This document shows positions 1 through 8,962 of a stretch of DNA of 64,000 bases, piece after piece. The notes beneath the pieces are model-generated. The model did no database searches. It was not told where the DNA came from and saw only the letters and a list, made by a program, of their open reading frames with translations. Position numbers and translations under genes: made by a program. Numbering within the stretch: the first letter of the stretch is position 1; each line of letters starts with the position of its first letter. Source of the DNA: an uncultured Candidatus Rokubacteria bacterium (GTDB lineage: Bacteria > Methylomirabilota > Methylomirabilia > Rokubacteriales > CSP1-6); NCBI GenBank assembly GCA_963762145.1, contig CAVXJS010000014.1:320001-384000 (forward strand), read 5' to 3'.

Positions 1-1
1 C

Positions 2-103
2 AATCTCCTGCTCGAGAGCAGCGACGGCATGCTCCGCATCGTGGACGTGGAAGGCAAGGAGCCGGAGTACCCGAAGGTCAAGGTGCAGGTGCGCTGGAAG
101 TAA
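2..103 (+). CDS. 3' end of a gene entering from the left edge (...NLLLESSDGMLRIVDVEGKEPEYPKVKVQVRWK*)
   Basis: Open frame with GC3-biased codons ending at TAA 101-103; function not identifiable. Confidence 0.65.
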   Translation, partial: NLLLESSDGMLRIVDVEGKEPEYPKVKVQVRWK

Positions 104-1050
104 CTCCCCGCTGGACGGCTCTCGCGCTCGCCGCCCTCCTGCTCGCCGCGACTCCCGCCTTCGGGGCGTTCGAGGACGGCCGCCGCGCCTACGACCGCGG
201 CGACTACGCGACCGCGTATCGTGAGTGGCGCCCGCTCGCCGAGGGCGGGAACGCGGCGGCCCAGTTCCTCGTGGGGTTCATGCACGAGCGCGGACAGGGC
301 ATGCCGCCGGACCCGGCCGAGGCCGTGGCCTGGTATCGTCTCGCCGCGCTCCAGGGTGATGTGCACGCCCAGTTCCGTCTCGGCTTCCTCTATGCCTACG
401 GCCGCGGGGTGGACCGGGACGACATGCAGGCCGCCGACTGGTATGGCCGCGCCGCCGCCCGGGGCAATCGCGCGGCGCAGGCCGCGCTCGACGAGCTCCG
501 CGCGGAGGGCCGGCTCCCCACGCCGGGCGGAACGCGCGACGTGCTGCTGCTGCGGAGCGCGGCGGATCGCGGCGGCGCCACCGCCCAGTACCAGCTCGGC
601 GTGCGCTACGCCACCGGGGAGGGCGTGGCCCAGGACGCCCAGCAGGCGGTCTACTGGTACCGGCGTGCCGCGGAGCAAGGGGTCGCGACCGCGCAATACC
701 AGCTCGGGCTCCGCTACGCGAACGGGGACGGCGTCACGCGGGACTACGCGGAGGCGGTGAAGTGGTACCGACGCGCCGCCGAACAGGGTGTGGCGTTCGC
801 GCAGTTCAACCTGGGCGTGCGGTACGTCAACGGCCAGGGCGTGCCGCGCGACCCGGTGCTGGCCTACCAGTGGTTCAGCGTCGCGGCCCAGAGCCTCCTC
901 GGCAAGGAGGCGGACACCGCGCGGCAGGCCCGCGACTCGGTCAAGGCCCAGCTCGCCCCCGAGCAGCTCGCGCGCGCCGAGGAGCTGGCGCGGAGCTGGC
1001 GAGCGAAGCCGGAGCCGCCCGACGCGCCGGTCGCTACGCCTCGAAGGTGA
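94..1050 (+). CDS. Secreted Sel1-repeat (SLR/TPR) protein
   Basis: Several AQxxLGxxYxxGxGVxxDxxxAxxWYRxAAEQG repeats. The frame extends upstream of the ORF-track start (271) through AFEDGRRAYDRGDYATAYREWRPLAE and a signal peptide (WTALALAALLLAATPAFG). Probable start is CTG at 94. Confidence 0.85.
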   Translation: MEVTPRWTALALAALLLAATPAFGAFEDGRRAYDRGDYATAYREWRPLAEGGNAAAQFLVGFMHERGQGMPPDPAEAVAWYRLAALQGDVHAQFRLGFLYAYGRGVDRDDMQAADWYGRAAARGNRAAQAALDELRAEGRLPTPGGTRDVLLLRSAADRGGATAQYQLGVRYATGEGVAQDAQQAVYWYRRAAEQGVATAQYQLGLRYANGDGVTRDYAEAVKWYRRAAEQGVAFAQFNLGVRYVNGQGVPRDPVLAYQWFSVAAQSLLGKEADTARQARDSVKAQLAPEQLARAEELARSWRAKPEPPDAPVATPRR

Positions 1051-1447
1051 TGTCCTGAGCGCCTTCCCAGCAGAGAAGCCGTCCGACCTCGGGTAGCTGC
1101 GAGCGGCCCTCCTCGATCGTGAGGAAGTGGTTGCCGGCCAATGGGCCGTGCACGCTCGCGAAGCGCGCGGAGCCGTACGGGAACAGGATCTCGGTCTCGC
1201 TGACTCCCGCGGGGTAGAACAGCAGCGCGCCCGGCGCGGGCGCGCTCGTCGCGTGCTCCGCGCCCACTCCCAGGTCGAGGGGGCCGAGCGGAATCCAGCC
1301 CGCCTCGCCGCTCCAGCGCGCCTGGATGATCCGCTGCCGGTAGGGCAGGAGGCGGCGGAAGGCGGCGCAGGTGCGCGGCGCGGCGGCTTCTTCCCAGCGG
1401 GCCGTGAAGCTCAGTGGCCCCAGCCGGATGCGGAGCGGCCCCATCAT
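1034..1447 (-). CDS. DUF3830-family (cyclophilin-like fold) protein
   Basis: APRTCAAFRRLLP, ARWSGEAGWIP, LFYPAGVSETEILFPYG, LAGNHFLTI motifs; start trimmed to ATG 1447. Confidence 0.8.
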   Translation of the reverse strand: MMGPLRIRLGPLSFTARWEEAAAPRTCAAFRRLLPYRQRIIQARWSGEAGWIPLGPLDLGVGAEHATSAPAPGALLFYPAGVSETEILFPYGSARFASVHGPLAGNHFLTIEEGRSQLPEVGRLLCWEGAQDITFEA

Positions 1448-1467
1448 CGTCGGGGGCGGCGGAGCCC

Positions 1468-1938
1468 TCAGCGGCGCCGGCGCGACTTCCGGGCCGGGGC
1501 GCTCGCGCGGGCCTTGCGCCGGGGCGCGCCCGCCTTCTTCTCGGGGAGGACCGCGGTCGCCTCGACCTCGATGAGCAGGTCCGGGCGCACGAACTGGGAG
1601 ATCTCGATCAGGGTGCTCGCGGGCCGGCTCTTGCCGAAGTACTCCTTGCGCACCGTGTTGACCGCCTCCCGGTGCGCGACGTTCTTGAGGAACACGGTCA
1701 CCTTGCACACGTCGGCGAAGGTGGCGCCCGCGGCGGCCAGGCAGCTCTTGATGTTCTCGTGGACCTGGCGGGTCTGGGCCACGATGTCGCTGCCGCCGAC
1801 CGTACGTCCCTGGGCGTCGCTGGCCACGCAGCCGGAGACGAAGACGAGCCGACCGGCCCGTACGACGTGGACGAAGTGGCTGATCGGTTCCGGCATGCCC
1901 GGAACCCAGATCTCTTCTCGATGTGCGGTGGTGGGCAT
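1468..1938 (-). CDS. RidA/YjgF/UK114 family protein
   Basis: FVSG, QTRQVHENIK, RPASTLIEI, LIEVEATA motifs; basic C-terminal tail. Confidence 0.9.
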   Translation of the reverse strand: MPTTAHREEIWVPGMPEPISHFVHVVRAGRLVFVSGCVASDAQGRTVGGSDIVAQTRQVHENIKSCLAAAGATFADVCKVTVFLKNVAHREAVNTVRKEYFGKSRPASTLIEISQFVRPDLLIEVEATAVLPEKKAGAPRRKARASAPARKSRRRR

Positions 1939-2136
1939 CGTGGTCTCCTCGCGGGCTGGGGTGGAAGTGCGCGGCGATTATTCTCCGGCCGGGCCCGATG
2001 GTCAAGCTGTGTCCACGAAGCGCCGCGGCCTGACACCGGCCGTCAGCCGAGCGCCGCGACCCGCCGGCCAACGTCGGGATTTCTAGATAGTTCTCGGGAT
2101 CCGGCGGTGGTCCGACTCTTGCTGTTTCCTGACGGC

Positions 2137-2556
2137 ATGATCAAACGACTCGCCACCGCCCTGCTCGTCGCGCTGTCCCTGCTCGTGCTCCCCGCCACCA
2201 GGCTGTCCGCGCAGACGCTCGATCCGGCCGCTGCGGAGGCCCTCGCCGCGACCCTCCGGATGCTGGCGGATCCGGCGGCTCGGGGCCAGATCCTCGCCAC
2301 CGACCCGAACGCCGCCGCGGTCGACCGGCAGGTCCAGGGCATGGCGGGCTCCTCCCAGCTCGCGCAGGAGGTCTACGGCCTCGCCGCCGAGGTCTTCGCG
2401 GACCTGGCGCGGAGCACGGGCGGCGACCCGCGGCAGCTGAGCGCGGCGCTCGACCGCGCCAAGTCCGACCCGGCCGCCTTCGCGGCGATGCTCCGGCCGG
2501 AGACGCTCGACCGGTTGCGCGCCCTGGCCACCCGGATCTCGGACGCGCAGCGCTGA
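2137..2556 (+). CDS. Exported hypothetical helical protein
   Basis: MIKRLATALLVALSLLVLPATRLSA/Q signal peptide; codon bias. Confidence 0.75.
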   Translation: MIKRLATALLVALSLLVLPATRLSAQTLDPAAAEALAATLRMLADPAARGQILATDPNAAAVDRQVQGMAGSSQLAQEVYGLAAEVFADLARSTGGDPRQLSAALDRAKSDPAAFAAMLRPETLDRLRALATRISDAQR

Positions 2557-2559
2557 GTC

Positions 2560-3222
2560 ATGGACGACGTCAATCTGCTGAAGAGCCGGATGGCGGAGGC
2601 GCTGGTCGAGGGCATCTTCAAGCGCGCGCAGTACATGGTGGCGCGGGTCGCTCGCGAGACGCAGGTCTCCGCCCTCATGCGCACCGGCCAGAGCGTGCCG
2701 GACTTCGTGGTCTGGAAAGCGCTGGACGAGCCGAGCCTGGGCCACCGCTCGTACCTGCTGCTCGCGATCGAGGTGAAGTACTGCACCGACCTGGACGACC
2801 ACCTCCGCCGCGAGGCGCCCGCGCGCTCGCCCGAGGTGGCGCTGCAGTGGCCGGAGCTCTACGAGATCCTGGTGACGGATCGGCCCGAGCTCGGCCGTTC
2901 GTGCTTCCAGGCGGTCCACGTCTCGATCCTACCGCCGGGGGCGCCGCCCAGCACGCTCGATCTCCACCTGGTGCCGGGGCTGGACATCTATCGACGCACC
3001 GTCGAGGAGTACGAAGGGCTGGTGCGGGAAGTGTTCCCGCTCATCGGCTCAAGGAAGGGCGCCGGCGACTGGGCGCGCAAGCTCGGGAGCCGGACCCCCG
3101 CGCGTCACGACTCACGCCCGCACCCGCGGTCCCGGCCGGCCCGCGATCACGGCGACCGGTCGGGCGAGCGGGGTTATCGGCCGTCGGCGGCCCAGGAGCA
3201 GCGGCACGGCGTGAGCGAGTAG
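2560..3222 (+). CDS. Putative PD-(D/E)XK nuclease-fold protein
   Basis: Motif order E (MAEALVE) ... PD (VPDFVV) ... ExK (IEVKY). Confidence 0.6.
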   Translation: MDDVNLLKSRMAEALVEGIFKRAQYMVARVARETQVSALMRTGQSVPDFVVWKALDEPSLGHRSYLLLAIEVKYCTDLDDHLRREAPARSPEVALQWPELYEILVTDRPELGRSCFQAVHVSILPPGAPPSTLDLHLVPGLDIYRRTVEEYEGLVREVFPLIGSRKGAGDWARKLGSRTPARHDSRPHPRSRPARDHGDRSGERGYRPSAAQEQRHGVSE

Positions 3223-3650
3223 CGCAGTCCCGACGTCTCGATCACACTCGTCGCCCGCCAGCCCGACAGCAGCGAGTAATCGACCCGGAAGTAGTGGTCG
3301 GTGCCTTCCATCCCCACGCTCTGACCGTTGACCACGTAGCGCGTCCGGCAGGTCATGCCGCCCAGGAGGCTCGGTCCGCAGGTCAGCGCGGTCACCCGCA
3401 CCGCGGTCCGCGCGGCCAGGATCTCGCGATCGGCGGTTTTCAGAATTCGCGCCATCCGGCGCACCTGCTTGCCCCGGACGTGGGCTTCCACCGCCTCGCG
3501 CGCGCCGTCGAGCGTGGCGCAGGAGCGGACGAACCGGAGCGCGTGATAGCCCACCACGGAGACCACGGCGGCGAGCACCACGATCAGCACACCGCGCGCG
3601 AGGGCCGCGGCGTTCCAAGGTCGGCGGAGTAGCGCGGGTCGTCTAGCCAA
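3174..3650 (-). CDS. Single-pass membrane hypothetical protein with Cys-containing extracytoplasmic domain
   Basis: Basic N-terminus then hydrophobic helix (GVLIVVLAAVVSVVGY); TTG start overlaps stop of upstream gene. Confidence 0.6.
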   Translation of the reverse strand: MARRPALLRRPWNAAALARGVLIVVLAAVVSVVGYHALRFVRSCATLDGAREAVEAHVRGKQVRRMARILKTADREILAARTAVRVTALTCGPSLLGGMTCRTRYVVNGQSVGMEGTDHYFRVDYSLLSGWRATSVIETSGLRYSLTPCRCSWAADGR

Positions 3651-5151
3651 GGAGTCCCTCCTGGAGCGCGAGCCCGGTGGACGGATCGAGGAGCGACTGG
3701 GACTCGCGCCGGAATGGCAGCCACGTGAGGCGCACCGCGGTGAACGCGGGCTCGGCCTCCGCGGCCTTCTTCACCTCGCGGGGCGTCCGACGCCGGCCCG
3801 CCGCCGCGAAGCGCGCGAGCAGCGCGGCGTCCTCGGCGTCGTAGAAGCAGCCGTGCGCGGCGGGGCGCTCGCCGGTCCACGGCCGGTACGCGGGCGGCTT
3901 CGCGGTCAGCCGCGCGGACAGGTCGTGCAGGGCCTTGAGCCGGCGGTAGCGAAAGGCGGGCGCCCAGGCGAGCGCCGCGTCGGGCCCGCCGGCGGGATCG
4001 AGCTGCCAGAACGGCAGGTAGACGGCCGCGTCCGCCGGGCCGGGCGTCGCCGCGTCGGGCCGCACGTCGGCGATCTCGTGCGGCATGTCGCCGAGCTCGA
4101 CGCCGTGGATCTGCCACGCCCGGTGACAGGAGCCGCAGAAGAAGATCACGTCGTCGGGCTCGACGGGCAGGGCCCAGCCGCAGTTCGGACACACCAGCGG
4201 CCGGAGCCCCACCGTTCGCGGCTCGTCGGTCGCGGGCCGCTCGAGGGCGTCGCGCAGCGAGAGCGGCGCGCGCGGCTGCACGATGCATTCGGCCACCGCG
4301 TCCACCACGGTGAGCCACCGCTCGCCGTTCCGGGCGAGCTCCACCACCCAGAAGGGGAAATAGATCACGCTCAGGATGCGCCCGAGCACCTGCCGGTAGA
4401 CCACGTGCTGGAAGCCGCGCGCGGACAGCCCCTGGGCCATCGCGCGCTCCGGCGTGAGCTGCGGCGCGACGATGGACCCGAGCGCGGCCAGGGCCGCGCG
4501 CTCGAACAGCGAGACGCGGAGCACCTGGGCGCGCACGCCGAGCGAGGCCACCCCGAGCTCGGCCAGCTCCGCGGCCGGGAAGGTCTTCTCCACGTAGCGA
4601 TCGAGGAACTGGACCTGCCCGTCGGGCGCGGAGCGCGCCGGCGCGTCGCGCATCGCGGTCAGGACGGGTAGGTCGAGCGGGCGCTCCGGGGTCGGCGGCT
4701 CATCCAGGAGATCGCGCACGGTGTCGCCGGCCTTGCGCCCGAAGAGCACGTCGGCGCCCCAGCCCAGCATCGCGCCGATGGGGATCTCGATCTCGGGCCG
4801 GTCGGGCGCGCTCCCGCCCAGGCTCTCGCCGACGAGGGGGAAGGCCGCGCTCTCCGGTGAAGGCTTCGGCGGCACGTCCAGCCACTGGAAGTCGTGGCCG
4901 GTGAGGCGGTAGAAGGGCACGAAGAAGAGCCGGGCGCCCGCGACGCGCGCCTCGATCCGGCCGGTGCGCGCGACGGCGCCCGCGACCTCGGCGCGCACCT
5001 TGGGAGCGACCCAGTAGCTCAGGACCTGCTTGCGGCCGGTGACGAGCAGGGTGGAGCCGCAGCTCGGACAGCGGATCGCGTTGGCCCCCTCGGAGAAATC
5101 GAGGGGACCGCTGCAGGTGGGGCACTCGGTCGAGACGACGACCTGGCTCAT
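3643..5151 (-). CDS. Double zinc-ribbon protein (YdjG-like)
   Basis: CPTC..CPSC at N-terminus and CPNC..CGSC internally; FVPFY, YFPFW, YLPFW repeats; ATG 5151. Confidence 0.8.
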   Translation of the reverse strand: MSQVVVSTECPTCSGPLDFSEGANAIRCPSCGSTLLVTGRKQVLSYWVAPKVRAEVAGAVARTGRIEARVAGARLFFVPFYRLTGHDFQWLDVPPKPSPESAAFPLVGESLGGSAPDRPEIEIPIGAMLGWGADVLFGRKAGDTVRDLLDEPPTPERPLDLPVLTAMRDAPARSAPDGQVQFLDRYVEKTFPAAELAELGVASLGVRAQVLRVSLFERAALAALGSIVAPQLTPERAMAQGLSARGFQHVVYRQVLGRILSVIYFPFWVVELARNGERWLTVVDAVAECIVQPRAPLSLRDALERPATDEPRTVGLRPLVCPNCGWALPVEPDDVIFFCGSCHRAWQIHGVELGDMPHEIADVRPDAATPGPADAAVYLPFWQLDPAGGPDAALAWAPAFRYRRLKALHDLSARLTAKPPAYRPWTGERPAAHGCFYDAEDAALLARFAAAGRRRTPREVKKAAEAEPAFTAVRLTWLPFRRESQSLLDPSTGLALQEGLLG

Positions 5152-5195
5152 GGAGACGTCGTCGGAGCGGGGGCGCGGCGGGGCGGGCCGGCGCG

Positions 5196-6251
5196 CTAGG
5201 CGCCGGGCACCGCCTGGCCACAGGCCGAGCAGAAGCGCGCGCCGGCCGGCAGATCGGCCTGACAGCGCGCGCACCGCGTGGCCGTCGAGAGCTGGCGACC
5301 GCAGCGCGCGCAGAAGCGGCTGTCCGCCGCGACCGCCGACTGGCAGCCCGGGCAGCTCACGGTCGCCATCGCGGCGCCCGCCGGATCGGCGCCGAGGCTC
5401 TTCGCGAGCATGCCCGGCATCATCATGCCGAGCCCCGCGCCGACGCCCACGCCCACCCCGGCGGCCGCGCCGCCGTCCAGCCCGCCCCCGTGGCCCTGGG
5501 CCGCGTCGCCCATGGCCTTGGCCGCCTTGAACTTGAGGAAGCGGTCGAGATCGCCGACCGCGCCCATGCTCGAACGCTCGTCGATCATCCGCTCCACGTC
5601 CTCGGGCGGCGTGATGCGGTTGATGTAGAAGTCCACCATCTCGGTCCCGTACTTGCGGAACTCGTCGGCCAGCCGGGTCTTGAGCGCCACCGCCATCTCG
5701 TCGTACTGCCGCGGCAGCTCGATCAGGCTCTGCACGGTCTCGCCGAGGAAGTCGTTGAGGCGGGCCACGATGACTTCCCGCAGGTAGTCCTCGATCTGGT
5801 CCGTGGTGTAGCTGCCCTGTGTCCCCACCAGGCTGTTGACGAAGAGGAGCGGCTGGGTGACGCGCATGGTGAAGCTGCCGAAGGCGCGCAGGCGGATCAG
5901 GCCGAGCTGGCTGTCCTTGAAGGCCACCGGATCGCGCGTGCCCCAGCGCATGTTGGTGAAGACCTTCAGGTTGACGAAGTAGACCTCGGCGCGGAACGGG
6001 CTCTGGAAGCCCCACGGCAGCGAGAGGAGCCGGGTCAGGATCGGGAGGTTCTGGGTGGAGAGCGTGTGGCGGCCGGGCCCGAACGCGTCGAGCGCCTGGC
6101 CGTCGCGGAAGAACACCGCGGCCTGGTTCTCGCGGACGATGAGCTGGGCGCCCATCTTGATGTCGCCCGACCCCTCCTCCGGGTACCGCTGGACGATGGC
6201 GGTGCCGGTCTGGTCGAACCACTCGATGACTTCCATCATGATCGGTGACAT
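5196..6251 (-). CDS. SPFH/Band-7 domain protein with C-terminal double zinc ribbon (YdjI-like)
   Basis: QLIVRENQAAVFFRDGQ..FGPGRHTL..PFRAEVYFVN..WGT; Gly-rich linker; CPGC/CARC/CARC/CSAC. Confidence 0.9.
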   Translation of the reverse strand: MSPIMMEVIEWFDQTGTAIVQRYPEEGSGDIKMGAQLIVRENQAAVFFRDGQALDAFGPGRHTLSTQNLPILTRLLSLPWGFQSPFRAEVYFVNLKVFTNMRWGTRDPVAFKDSQLGLIRLRAFGSFTMRVTQPLLFVNSLVGTQGSYTTDQIEDYLREVIVARLNDFLGETVQSLIELPRQYDEMAVALKTRLADEFRKYGTEMVDFYINRITPPEDVERMIDERSSMGAVGDLDRFLKFKAAKAMGDAAQGHGGGLDGGAAAGVGVGVGAGLGMMMPGMLAKSLGADPAGAAMATVSCPGCQSAVAADSRFCARCGRQLSTATRCARCQADLPAGARFCSACGQAVPGA

Positions 6252-6265
6252 GGCGTTGGTCCGTC

Positions 6266-6769
6266 CTAGTCCGCGTCGACGATGCGCCGGCGCTGGTCGA
6301 AGAGCTCCGCGAAATCGTCCAGCGCTTCCCGCATGTGCTCGACCGCGCTCCGGAGGCCCTCCGGATCGGGGAGCGCGGCGCGCACCGCCTCGGCCTTGGC
6401 CCGCACCGCGCTCAGCGCGTCGAAGAGCCCGAGATCGAAGGCGTAGAGCTGGGCGAGGGTGTCGCCGTCCACGGTGTGGAGATCGAAGAGACCGGCGTAG
6501 CCGCGGCCCGCGAACTCCACGGTGCGGCCGATGCGCTCGAGGCGTCCCGCGAGCCGGTCGAGGCGCGGCAGCGAAGAGAGGTCGCCCGAGCCCGCGATGC
6601 GCTCCTTGTCCTCCTCGAGGCCCTGGATGAGCCGTTGGATCTCGCCCACCAGCCGCATCCGGACCTGCTTGTCGGTGGCGCGGGAATTCTCCCGGTCCTG
6701 GTAGCCCGCGACCCCCGGAACGAACCGGACCAGCCGCTCCAGCCTCTTCGCGACGGTAACTCCGCCCAT
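6266..6769 (-). CDS. Conserved all-helical hypothetical protein, first gene of the SPFH operon
   Basis: VPGVAGYQDRENSRATDK and GYAGLFD motifs; SD GAGGAGG upstream. Confidence 0.8.
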   Translation of the reverse strand: MGGVTVAKRLERLVRFVPGVAGYQDRENSRATDKQVRMRLVGEIQRLIQGLEEDKERIAGSGDLSSLPRLDRLAGRLERIGRTVEFAGRGYAGLFDLHTVDGDTLAQLYAFDLGLFDALSAVRAKAEAVRAALPDPEGLRSAVEHMREALDDFAELFDQRRRIVDAD

Positions 6770-6820
6770 TGCCTGCCTCCTCTTGTTACTCGCCGGTGTG
6801 CCCGGCCGAGGGCACGAGGG

Positions 6821-6836
6821 TGCAAGCGGATTGCCA
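6821..6836 (-). promoter_or_regulatory. Putative sigma-54 (-24/-12) promoter
   Basis: Minus strand reads TGGCAATCCGCTTGCA (GG-N10-GC), about 50 nt upstream of ATG 6769. Confidence 0.7.
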
Positions 6837-6912
6837 GTGGAGTTGATTCAGAAGCTACTGGAAAATCGGGGAAGAACGGCGACCATGCGATGGCCACCGT
6901 GGCCAGCCTGTG

Positions 6913-8103
6913 TCAGTCTGCTGACACTTCTTGGCGGGCCTCCAGTAGAGCCTCGCTCGATCCGGCACGGCGACGCCAGGCCCTGAAGCGCCGCCAGGCC
7001 AGCGCGATCCCGGTCCAGACCAGCATCGCTCCGCCCGCCGAGGCCAGGCCGGCGATCGCCTGCCCCGGCAGACCACCCGCCTCCCCGGTATGGAGGGGGC
7101 GGACCCAGGCCCGCAGCCGCCGGCCCATGTTCTGCCCCGTGAAGGGCTCCCACTTGACCACGTCCGCGGTGACCGGATCGAGCACGAGCTGGGAGCGGGG
7201 GGCGGGATGCCAGCCGATCGGCTCCTGGATGAAGAAGGTCACCGGCGCATCGGCCCGCTGCGGCAGCCGGGCATTGATGGCGATCCAGCCGGGGACCTGC
7301 CGCTCGGCGCGGGACCAGAGCGCATCGAGGCTCCCGGCCGCGCGTCCGGTCCCGGCCGCCGATGGGCGCGGACCTCGCTCGCCCTCGCGCGCGGGCTGGG
7401 AGCCCGCGGCGGGGGGCGGCGGCGGGGGCCCGTTGCCGGTGAGGGTGTAGAGGAGGTTGTTGGCCGACTGGTAGGACATGACCGCGCCGGTGAGCGTCAG
7501 GATCAGGAGCACGGGCGCGCACCAGATCCCGATCACGTTGTGCCAGTTGAAGTCGCGCGCGCGGCCACCCAGGCCGCCGCGGAAGAGCGTGACCGCGCGC
7601 ACGGTCTCCCGCGTCCACCGCCGCGGCCACCAGAGATAGACCCCGAGCACCACGAGGCCGAGGAAGCCCAGGTTGGCGGCGCCGGTAACCGGCCGGAGGT
7701 TGTCGCGCGACCCGAGCCAGCGATGCCACTCGACCACCTCGTGCAGCGCGTCGTGCACCGGCGAGAGGCCGCCCAGCACCACGCCGCGGTACTGGTCCAC
7801 GAAGAGCGCGCCGCCCTCGCGCCCGAAGCTCACCACCGCGGACGCGCTCGGGTCGGCGCGCAGCGTGAGCGCGGTGGGGCGCACGTCCGGCCGCGCCTCG
7901 CGCGCCTTGGCCAGGATCGCTTCCGCGGAGAGCGGACGCGCGTCGGGGGGCGGCGTGATGATCCGGCGATCCCGCTCGAGCCAGTCGGTGATCTGGGGCT
8001 CGAAGGCCAGGATCACGCCCGTGACCGACATGAACAGGATCACCGCGCCGGCGGTGACACCCACCAGCAAGTGCAGCCAGAAGACGAGCGTGCGCAGCGA
8101 CAT
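6913..8103 (-). CDS. piuB: PepSY-associated TM-helix iron-regulated membrane protein (PiuB-like)
   Basis: FWLHLLVG..SVTG, WHRWL, GVYLWWP, FNWHNVIG, RPLHTGE. Confidence 0.85.
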   Translation of the reverse strand: MSLRTLVFWLHLLVGVTAGAVILFMSVTGVILAFEPQITDWLERDRRIITPPPDARPLSAEAILAKAREARPDVRPTALTLRADPSASAVVSFGREGGALFVDQYRGVVLGGLSPVHDALHEVVEWHRWLGSRDNLRPVTGAANLGFLGLVVLGVYLWWPRRWTRETVRAVTLFRGGLGGRARDFNWHNVIGIWCAPVLLILTLTGAVMSYQSANNLLYTLTGNGPPPPPPAAGSQPAREGERGPRPSAAGTGRAAGSLDALWSRAERQVPGWIAINARLPQRADAPVTFFIQEPIGWHPAPRSQLVLDPVTADVVKWEPFTGQNMGRRLRAWVRPLHTGEAGGLPGQAIAGLASAGGAMLVWTGIALAWRRFRAWRRRAGSSEALLEARQEVSAD

Positions 8104-8113
8104 GCGGATCGCG

Positions 8114-8962
8114 CTAGTAACGGCGGGGGACCGCCTGGCCGGGGGTGCTGCCCGGCATGGCCTTGTCGGGCGCGGTGCCGGTGCTCGGCCCCTTCATGGC
8201 CTCGCGGACCTTCGCCATCTCCTTCTGCGCGGGCTCCTTCGTCTCGCCGTGCTGCGCGGCCCGCTCGTAGGCCTGGAGCGCCCCCGGCAGGTCGTTCAGG
8301 CGGGTGCGCACCACGCCCAGGTTGAACCACGTGCGTCCCTCGTCGCGCAGCGCGGCCGCGCGGGTGAAGTTCTTCTCGGCCGCGGGCAGATCGTTCTTCT
8401 CGTACGCGACGCGGGCGAGGGTGGCCCACACCTCGGGCGCCTTGGAGTCGCGCTCGGCCAGGGTCTGCAGCTGGGTCATCGCGCGCGGCTGCTGGTTCGC
8501 CTTGATGAGCAGAAAGGCCAGGCGCATGCGGAGATCGTCCTGGTCGCGCAGGGCGATGGCGGCCTCGTACTCCCGCGCCGCGTCGTCCACGCGGTTGAGC
8601 TGCTCGTAGGCGCCCCCGAGGTCACGGTGACCCGCGAACGAGCCGGGGTAGAGCTCGACCACCTTGCCGAACGCGGTCGTCGCCTCGTCCCAGCTCGACT
8701 GGAACATGGCGGCCTGGCCGCGAAGGTAGTAGGCGAGCACGTGCGTCGGCTGTTGCGCGATGGCCTGCCCGGTCAGGGTGCTGACCTTGGCGTAGTCCTT
8801 CTTGTCCATGGCCTCGACGGCCTGCCGGTAGAGGGCGAACGCCGGATCGTCCCAGATGCCCTGGGCCCGAGCGGTCCCGGCGCTGGCGATGGCGCAGAAT
8901 GCGAGACCCAGCGCGGTCCAGTGATGGCCGCGGGGCCCTCGCGGAGTGCGAGGGACATTCAA
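8114..8962 (-). CDS. Exported TPR-repeat protein
   Basis: Signal-peptide-like segment then TPRs (AYYLRG, HRDLGGAY, WFNLGVV); TTG 8962 overlaps the tonB stop. Confidence 0.8.
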   Translation of the reverse strand: MNVPRTPRGPRGHHWTALGLAFCAIASAGTARAQGIWDDPAFALYRQAVEAMDKKDYAKVSTLTGQAIAQQPTHVLAYYLRGQAAMFQSSWDEATTAFGKVVELYPGSFAGHRDLGGAYEQLNRVDDAAREYEAAIALRDQDDLRMRLAFLLIKANQQPRAMTQLQTLAERDSKAPEVWATLARVAYEKNDLPAAEKNFTRAAALRDEGRTWFNLGVVRTRLNDLPGALQAYERAAQHGETKEPAQKEMAKVREAMKGPSTGTAPDKAMPGSTPGQAVPRRY

